From contig JACRCW010000013.1 in assembly GCA_016218805.1 (NCBI GenBank), forward strand, positions 1-48,799: 48,799 nt of DNA. The letters run 5' to 3'. This DNA comes from Deltaproteobacteria bacterium. GTDB taxonomy: Bacteria; Myxococcota; JACRCW01. A program made the translations under genes and the position numbers. Positions within the stretch are counted from its first letter, which is position 1. Each line of letters begins with the position of its first letter. A model generated the notes under the pieces. The model was not told the DNA's origin. It saw only the letters and a list, made by a program, of their open reading frames with translations, and searched no databases. This document shows, piece after piece, positions 44,072 to 48,799 of this stretch.

Positions 44072-44118
44072 GGGCCGCTCCACGTTGGCGGGCCCTTGGC
44101 AGGCCCTACCGGGATCAC

Positions 44119-44145
44119 ATTATCGGACACTTGTCACGGGGGTTG
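44119..44145 (-). promoter_or_regulatory. sigma28 (FliA/SigF)-like promoter CAAC-N15-CCGATAAT
   Basis: TCCGATAA vs consensus GCCGATAA, about 48 nt upstream of ATG 44071; matches the motif at 24501..24528. Confidence 0.6.
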
Positions 44146-44158
44146 CCACTCCCCCTTC

Positions 44159-44566
44159 CTACTCCGCGGGACGCTCCAAGCCGAGGACGCCCCGAACGGC
44201 GCGCACCCAGGCGTCACGCCGCCTGCCCCTGCGGACCGCATCCGCCAGCTGCGGCGGCGGCGGGGGCTGCTCCACCCCGCTGCGGCGCACGGCGGCCACG
44301 CGGTAGGGGACGGCTGAGCGCGGCACCGGCGGGTCCGCGCGGATGCAGCCGTCCCCCCGGGTGACCAGGCGCGTGGGCCCGGCCCAGACCACGCGGTGCA
44401 CCACGAAGGAGCCCTGCACGCGCGCCAGCACAATGTCCCCCGGTGCCGGGGCGCGGTCCCACGGCGCCAGCAGAATCTCATCCCCGGGCAGCAGCGCGGG
44501 CGCCATGCTCTGGCCGCGCATGGGCCACCAGAACGCGCGCGTACGTCCGTCTGGCGGGGCGTCCAT
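44159..44566 (-). CDS. S24/S26-family peptidase-like protein
   Basis: GQSMAPALLPGD (catalytic Ser), GDIVL, VVHRV (His), TRGD motifs of SipW/ER-type signal peptidases; ATG 44566. Confidence 0.8.
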   Translation of the reverse strand: MDAPPDGRTRAFWWPMRGQSMAPALLPGDEILLAPWDRAPAPGDIVLARVQGSFVVHRVVWAGPTRLVTRGDGCIRADPPVPRSAVPYRVAAVRRSGVEQPPPPPQLADAVRRGRRRDAWVRAVRGVLGLERPAE

Positions 44567-44675
44567 GGGCGGGGCGGTACTCCTCTCGCCGTGGCGGCGC
44601 AATCCGCCTTGCGCCACCCGGGAGGCCGGCGTACATGCACCCCCCTTTGCGGGGGCACCTTCGGGAGCGTGGAAC

Positions 44676-45770
44676 ATGCGTCGTGACGGGCATCCGGGGC
44701 TGGTGGTGGCGGGCATGGTGGCGGGGCTGGCGTTGGGCACCGGCTGCCCATCCCAGGGCGGAGCCGCGGGCGGTGGAGGCGGCGCCAACACCAGCTTCCG
44801 CTTCAAGCCGGGCAAGCCCGGCACGCCGGTGGCCACCGTGGGGGACACGGCCATCACCGTGGAGGACTTCCAGGACCGCATCAACCAGCAGGGGCCGTTT
44901 GCGCGGCCGCGCTTTGCGGACGTGGCCAAGCGGCGTGAATTCCTGGACGGGCTCATCCGCCAGGAGGTGCTGGCGCAGGAGGCGGTCCGCCGCGGGATGC
45001 TGGATGACCCGGAGGTCCAGGACGCCCTCAAGAAGGTGCTGGTCCAGAAGCTGACGCGCCAGGAGTATGACAGCCAGGTCAAGCAGGAGGACATCAAGGC
45101 TGAAGACGTCAAGAAGTATTACGACGCCAACCCCGACGAGTTCCACAAGCCCGAGATGGTGCGCTGCGCCGCCATTGTGGTCCAGAACGGCGCCGACCCG
45201 GCGGCGGCCCGCAAGAAGGCGGAGGGCTTCCTCAAGCAGGTCAAAGAGGCGGCGGCCAGGAAGCCGGAGCCGGGCAAGTTTGTCCCGGACGCGTTTGGAG
45301 ACCTGGCCGCGCAGGTGAGCGAGGACCCGGAGACCAAGCAGTTGCGCGGGGACCTTCGCTACCTGTCCCGCAAGGAGCTGGACGGGAAGTGGGGCGAGAA
45401 GGTGGGCGAGGCGTGCTTTGGGCTGGCCGAGGTGAACGACCTGTCCGGCGTGGTGGAGGGCAAGACCGGGATGCTGGTGCTGAAGAACACCGGGCGCCGC
45501 AAGCCCATTGACCGCACGCTGGAGCAGGTGGAGACGCAGATCCGCAACCGGCTGTTCCGCGAGAAGCGCACCGAGGCGTTCAACCGCTACGTGGACGGGC
45601 TGCGCCAGAAGCTGGGCGTGCGCGTGGATGACCAGAAGCTGGCCGCCATGCAGATTGCCGGGGCCACGCAACAGCCCCCGCCCATGCCCGGTGCGCCGCC
45701 TGCGCTGCAGCCGCCGGGCGGAGACCCCGTGATCACGGACGAGCCGTCCAAGGAACCGCATGGCCACTGA
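44676..45770 (+). CDS. PpiC/parvulin-type peptidyl-prolyl isomerase lipoprotein
   Basis: Lipobox-like LALGTGC; VATVG..ITVEDF; LAAQVSEDPET..RGDL; GGAG RBS before ATG 44676. Confidence 0.85.
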   Translation: MRRDGHPGLVVAGMVAGLALGTGCPSQGGAAGGGGGANTSFRFKPGKPGTPVATVGDTAITVEDFQDRINQQGPFARPRFADVAKRREFLDGLIRQEVLAQEAVRRGMLDDPEVQDALKKVLVQKLTRQEYDSQVKQEDIKAEDVKKYYDANPDEFHKPEMVRCAAIVVQNGADPAAARKKAEGFLKQVKEAAARKPEPGKFVPDAFGDLAAQVSEDPETKQLRGDLRYLSRKELDGKWGEKVGEACFGLAEVNDLSGVVEGKTGMLVLKNTGRRKPIDRTLEQVETQIRNRLFREKRTEAFNRYVDGLRQKLGVRVDDQKLAAMQIAGATQQPPPMPGAPPALQPPGGDPVITDEPSKEPHGH

Positions 45771-46749
45771 GCGCGTGTGGGCGGTGGGCGTGGTGCTGGC
45801 GTCGGCCATGGCCGGCTGCCCGCGCCCTCCCCCGCCCGCCGCGCCCGCGCGCGCCGTGGCCACGGTGGACGGCCAGCCCATCAGCGCGTTGGATCTCCGC
45901 CGCGAGCTGTGGCGCGTGCACGGCAAGCCGGAGCCCGGGGATGCCTCCCGCCAGCCGTTGGCGGAAGCGCTGCTGGACCACATGATTGAGGAGAAGGTGC
46001 TGGCGGCGGCGGCGGTGGCGGCCGGCATCACGGTGACGCCGCAGCAGTTGGAAGCGCAGTGGGAATCCGCGCGTGACGGCTACCGCATGGAGGACTTCCA
46101 GGCGACGCTGTACGCGCAGATGCAGACGCCGGAACTGGTCAAGGCGCGCCTGCGGGACCGCCTGTTGGTGGAGAAGTTCCTGGAGGAGCGCACGCGGGAC
46201 CAGCCCAAGATCACGGATGACGAGGTGAAGCGCTACTACGAGGCGCAACCCGCGCGCTGGCGCGTACCCCAACAGGTGCGTGCGCGGCAGATCGTGGTGC
46301 GCACGGTGGAGGAGGCCCGGCCGCTGCTGGAACGGCTCCACAAAGGCGAGGACTTTGCCCGGCTGGCGCGCGAGCACTCCGTGGCGCCGGAAAAGGACCG
46401 CGGGGGAGACCTGGGGTTCTTTCCCCGCGGTGTGATGCCGGAGGTGTTTGACCGGACGTGTTTTGCGCTGGAAGTGGGCCAGGTGTCCGACGTGATCACC
46501 TCCGAGTACGGCCAGCACATCTTCCAGGTCACCGAGAAGCGCGCCGAGCAACTCAGGCCGCTGTCCGTGGTGGACGCGGAGATACGGGACGTGCTGCGGC
46601 AGGCGCGGCGGCAGGACGTGGAGGACCGGTTGATCCGCGAGTTGCGGATGAAGGCCGTGGTGGTGCGCGACGACGACGCGCTCCGCTGGGCGGCGGATGC
46701 AGAAGGGGTGGCGCAGGACGGCGCCGTGGCCGCGCCGGGAGGTGGGTGA
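45760..46749 (+). CDS. PpiC/parvulin-type peptidyl-prolyl isomerase lipoprotein
   Basis: Lipobox-like AMAGC; RARQIVV, FARLAREHS, GGDLGFF.RG.M, SEYGQHIF. Confidence 0.88.
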   Translation: MATERVWAVGVVLASAMAGCPRPPPPAAPARAVATVDGQPISALDLRRELWRVHGKPEPGDASRQPLAEALLDHMIEEKVLAAAAVAAGITVTPQQLEAQWESARDGYRMEDFQATLYAQMQTPELVKARLRDRLLVEKFLEERTRDQPKITDDEVKRYYEAQPARWRVPQQVRARQIVVRTVEEARPLLERLHKGEDFARLAREHSVAPEKDRGGDLGFFPRGVMPEVFDRTCFALEVGQVSDVITSEYGQHIFQVTEKRAEQLRPLSVVDAEIRDVLRQARRQDVEDRLIRELRMKAVVVRDDDALRWAADAEGVAQDGAVAAPGGG

Positions 46750-47723
46750 TGCGCACGTGGTGGGCCTGGGCCGTGCTGTTGTCCGCGGCGGACGCGCTGG
46801 CGGTGGAGACCACCGCGCCCGGCTACCGGGAAGTGGAGCGCGTGGTGGCCGTGGTCAATGAGGACGTGATCCTCCAGTCCGAAGTGGAGGAGCGGCTGCT
46901 CCCGGCCCTCAACACCCTGCCGGCATCACTCAAGGGCGCAGAGCGGCAGGCGCGCGTGGAGCACCTGCGGCATGACGCCCTGGAGGACCTGGTGGCGGAC
47001 AAGCTGCTGCAGCAGCAGATTGATGAGTTGCACCTGGAGGTCACGACGGAGGAACTGGAACGGGCGATCAAGGAGGTCAAGGCGCAGAACGGCCTGGACG
47101 ACACGCAGTTCCGCCAGGCGCTGGCGCAACAGGGCATGACCATGGCCGTGTACCGCGACAACCTCCGCAAGCAGTTGCTGAAGGCCAAGATCATCAACAT
47201 CAAGGTGCGCAACCGCGTGACGGCGACGGAGCGGGACCTGCAGGCGGGCGTGGCGCGGCGGATGAAGACGCGCAAGGTGGACTACAAGGTCCACGCGCGG
47301 CACGCGGCGTTCCTGGTCCCGGAAGGCGCCCCCCCGGACCAGGTGGAGGCGGCCCGGCAGCGCGCGCTGGCGTTCCACGGGAAGGTGGTGGCCGGGGCGA
47401 GCTTTGACGCGCTGGTGAAGACCGAGTCCGACGAGCCGTCCCGCGGTGGCGGCGACCTGGGGTTCTTCAAACGCGGCGAAATGAACCGGGCGTTTGAAGA
47501 CGCGGCATTCAGCACGCCCCCGGGCGGGACGGCCGCGCCGGTGCGCTCACCGCTGGGCTGGCACGTGATCCACGTGGTGGAGCGCAAGAGCCTGGACGAG
47601 CGCCCGCGCGACGAGGTGGAGCGCGAAATGCGCGAGCAGCTGATGGGTGAGGAACTGGAACGGGCCTTCAAACGGTACGTGTCCGAACTCCGCAACCAGG
47701 CGCACGTTGAAGTGCGCCCGTGA
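46749..47723 (+). CDS. surA: SurA-like chaperone/PPIase
   Basis: ERVVAVVNEDVILQSEV SurA N-domain; GGDLGFFKRGEM...FEDAAF; RSPLGWHVI; TGATG overlap. Confidence 0.75.
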   Translation: MRTWWAWAVLLSAADALAVETTAPGYREVERVVAVVNEDVILQSEVEERLLPALNTLPASLKGAERQARVEHLRHDALEDLVADKLLQQQIDELHLEVTTEELERAIKEVKAQNGLDDTQFRQALAQQGMTMAVYRDNLRKQLLKAKIINIKVRNRVTATERDLQAGVARRMKTRKVDYKVHARHAAFLVPEGAPPDQVEAARQRALAFHGKVVAGASFDALVKTESDEPSRGGGDLGFFKRGEMNRAFEDAAFSTPPGGTAAPVRSPLGWHVIHVVERKSLDERPRDEVEREMREQLMGEELERAFKRYVSELRNQAHVEVRP

Positions 47724-47737
47724 CACCGAGGTCCCCA

Positions 47738-48760
47738 ATGAGCACGCCTTCCATTCCCCTGACCGCGGCCTGCGTCCTGGCCAGCCTGGCGCTGGCCGGC
47801 TGCCCGGCCTGCAACACCACTGATGACGACGACAGCGGCACCAGCAGCAGCGGCGGGACTGCCAGCAGCAGCAGCGGCGGCAGCGGCGGCGGGTCCTCCG
47901 GGGCCGCGGGCAGTTCATCCCAGGCAGCGGGTTCCAGCGGTGTGGCCGTGTCGTCGTCGTCCATGGCGGGATCGTCGGGCACCGGTTCGTCCGTGGGCGG
48001 CGGGAGCTCGTTGGGCGGGTCCAGTTCGGCCCCCGCGGTGTCGCGGCCGGCGTACGTGTTCGCGCATTCGGATACCGTGCTGTACCGGCTGGACGCGGAC
48101 ACGCTGAACCTCACTGAACTGGGAGCGTTCACGTTTGAGGATGCCGCCGGCACGCCCATCACCAACGCGACGATGACGGACTTTGCCGTGACCGCCGGCG
48201 GCCAGATGTGGGGCTGCAGCCTGCACACGCTGTGGCGGATTGAAAGTCCCACGTGGCGCGCCATCAAGGTGGCGGACCTGGTGGAGAGCTTCACGGGACT
48301 CACGTTTGTCCCGGCCGGCATGCTGGAGGCCAACGAAGTGCTGGTGGGTGCCACACAGTCAGACGGATCGCTGTACAAGATTGACCGGACTGACGGGACC
48401 ACGACGCTGATTGGCTCTTACGGCGACAACTGGGCCACCTCCGGCGATATTGTGGCCATCACCAACGACGGGATGTACGCCACGGTGAAGCGCACGGGTG
48501 AAACCACGGATTTCCTCGCGCGCATTGAGCCCACCACCGGTGTGGCGACGATCATCGGGACGCAGGGGATTGGCGCGCTCAAGACGTTTGGCCTGGGTTA
48601 CTGGGGCGGCGTGCTGTACGCGTTCACCGACGAGGGCACCGGCAACGGCGGAAAGGTGCTCCAGGTCAACCGCAGCAATGGGATTGGGACCGTGATCCGC
48701 ACGGAGAACAGCGTGCGGTTCTGGGGCGCCGGCGTCACCACCATCGCCAAGATCAACTGA
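47738..48760 (+). CDS. lipoprotein with Ser/Gly linker and beta-propeller
   Basis: LALAGC lipobox; long SSSGG linker; blades LYRLD, LWRIE, LYKID..TG, LARIE..TG, VLQVN..NG; ending FWGAGVTT. Confidence 0.8.
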   Translation: MSTPSIPLTAACVLASLALAGCPACNTTDDDDSGTSSSGGTASSSSGGSGGGSSGAAGSSSQAAGSSGVAVSSSSMAGSSGTGSSVGGGSSLGGSSSAPAVSRPAYVFAHSDTVLYRLDADTLNLTELGAFTFEDAAGTPITNATMTDFAVTAGGQMWGCSLHTLWRIESPTWRAIKVADLVESFTGLTFVPAGMLEANEVLVGATQSDGSLYKIDRTDGTTTLIGSYGDNWATSGDIVAITNDGMYATVKRTGETTDFLARIEPTTGVATIIGTQGIGALKTFGLGYWGGVLYAFTDEGTGNGGKVLQVNRSNGIGTVIRTENSVRFWGAGVTTIAKIN

Positions 48761-48799
48761 GGACGTCCCACCCCCCACCGCTCGCCGCCTCACGGCGGC

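Noticed and set aside
44676..47723. Triple PPIase cluster as dedicated cytochrome-folding genes
   Set aside because: More than 30 kb from the cytochromes, and tandem PpiC/SurA genes are a common deltaproteobacterial housekeeping arrangement
47820..48030. AGC/GGC-rich simple repeats
   Set aside because: They encode an ordinary Ser/Gly lipoprotein linker; not a CRISPR array or contingency locus

Overview
Very GC-rich bacterial DNA, most likely Myxococcota or a related deltaproteobacterium. The basis is PEGA, MYXO-CTERM-like, carboxypeptidase-regulatory/PDZ and receiver-J-domain proteins, plus a triple PPIase cluster. I can support about 35 CDSs and see no rRNA, tRNA, CRISPR array or transposase. 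Housekeeping genes include mutS, rnr, a plsC-like acyltransferase, an RsmB-family methyltransferase, a HAD phosphatase and SurA/PpiC isomerases. The most striking locus is about 4.8-13.9 kb: two convergent giant multiheme cytochromes c, each with 30 CxxCH motifs arranged as ten triheme repeats. One has a signal peptide and overlaps a putative beta-barrel gene with an FlgT_C-like N-domain; the other is a lipoprotein built entirely from the repeat type that caps the first. Together they look like an undescribed porin-cytochrome electron conduit. Other notable items: a four-gene MoxR/vWA/beta-propeller (bpX5/bpX6) conflict system; a compositionally foreign ABC-ATPase + TOPRIM pair (candidate anti-phage system); two orphan genes sharing a sigma28-like promoter, one ending in a T3SS needle/filament-like helix; a 44-aa basic ribosomal-protein-like ORF; and window-wide TCGA depletion. 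All domain calls are by eye from motifs; no database searches were run.
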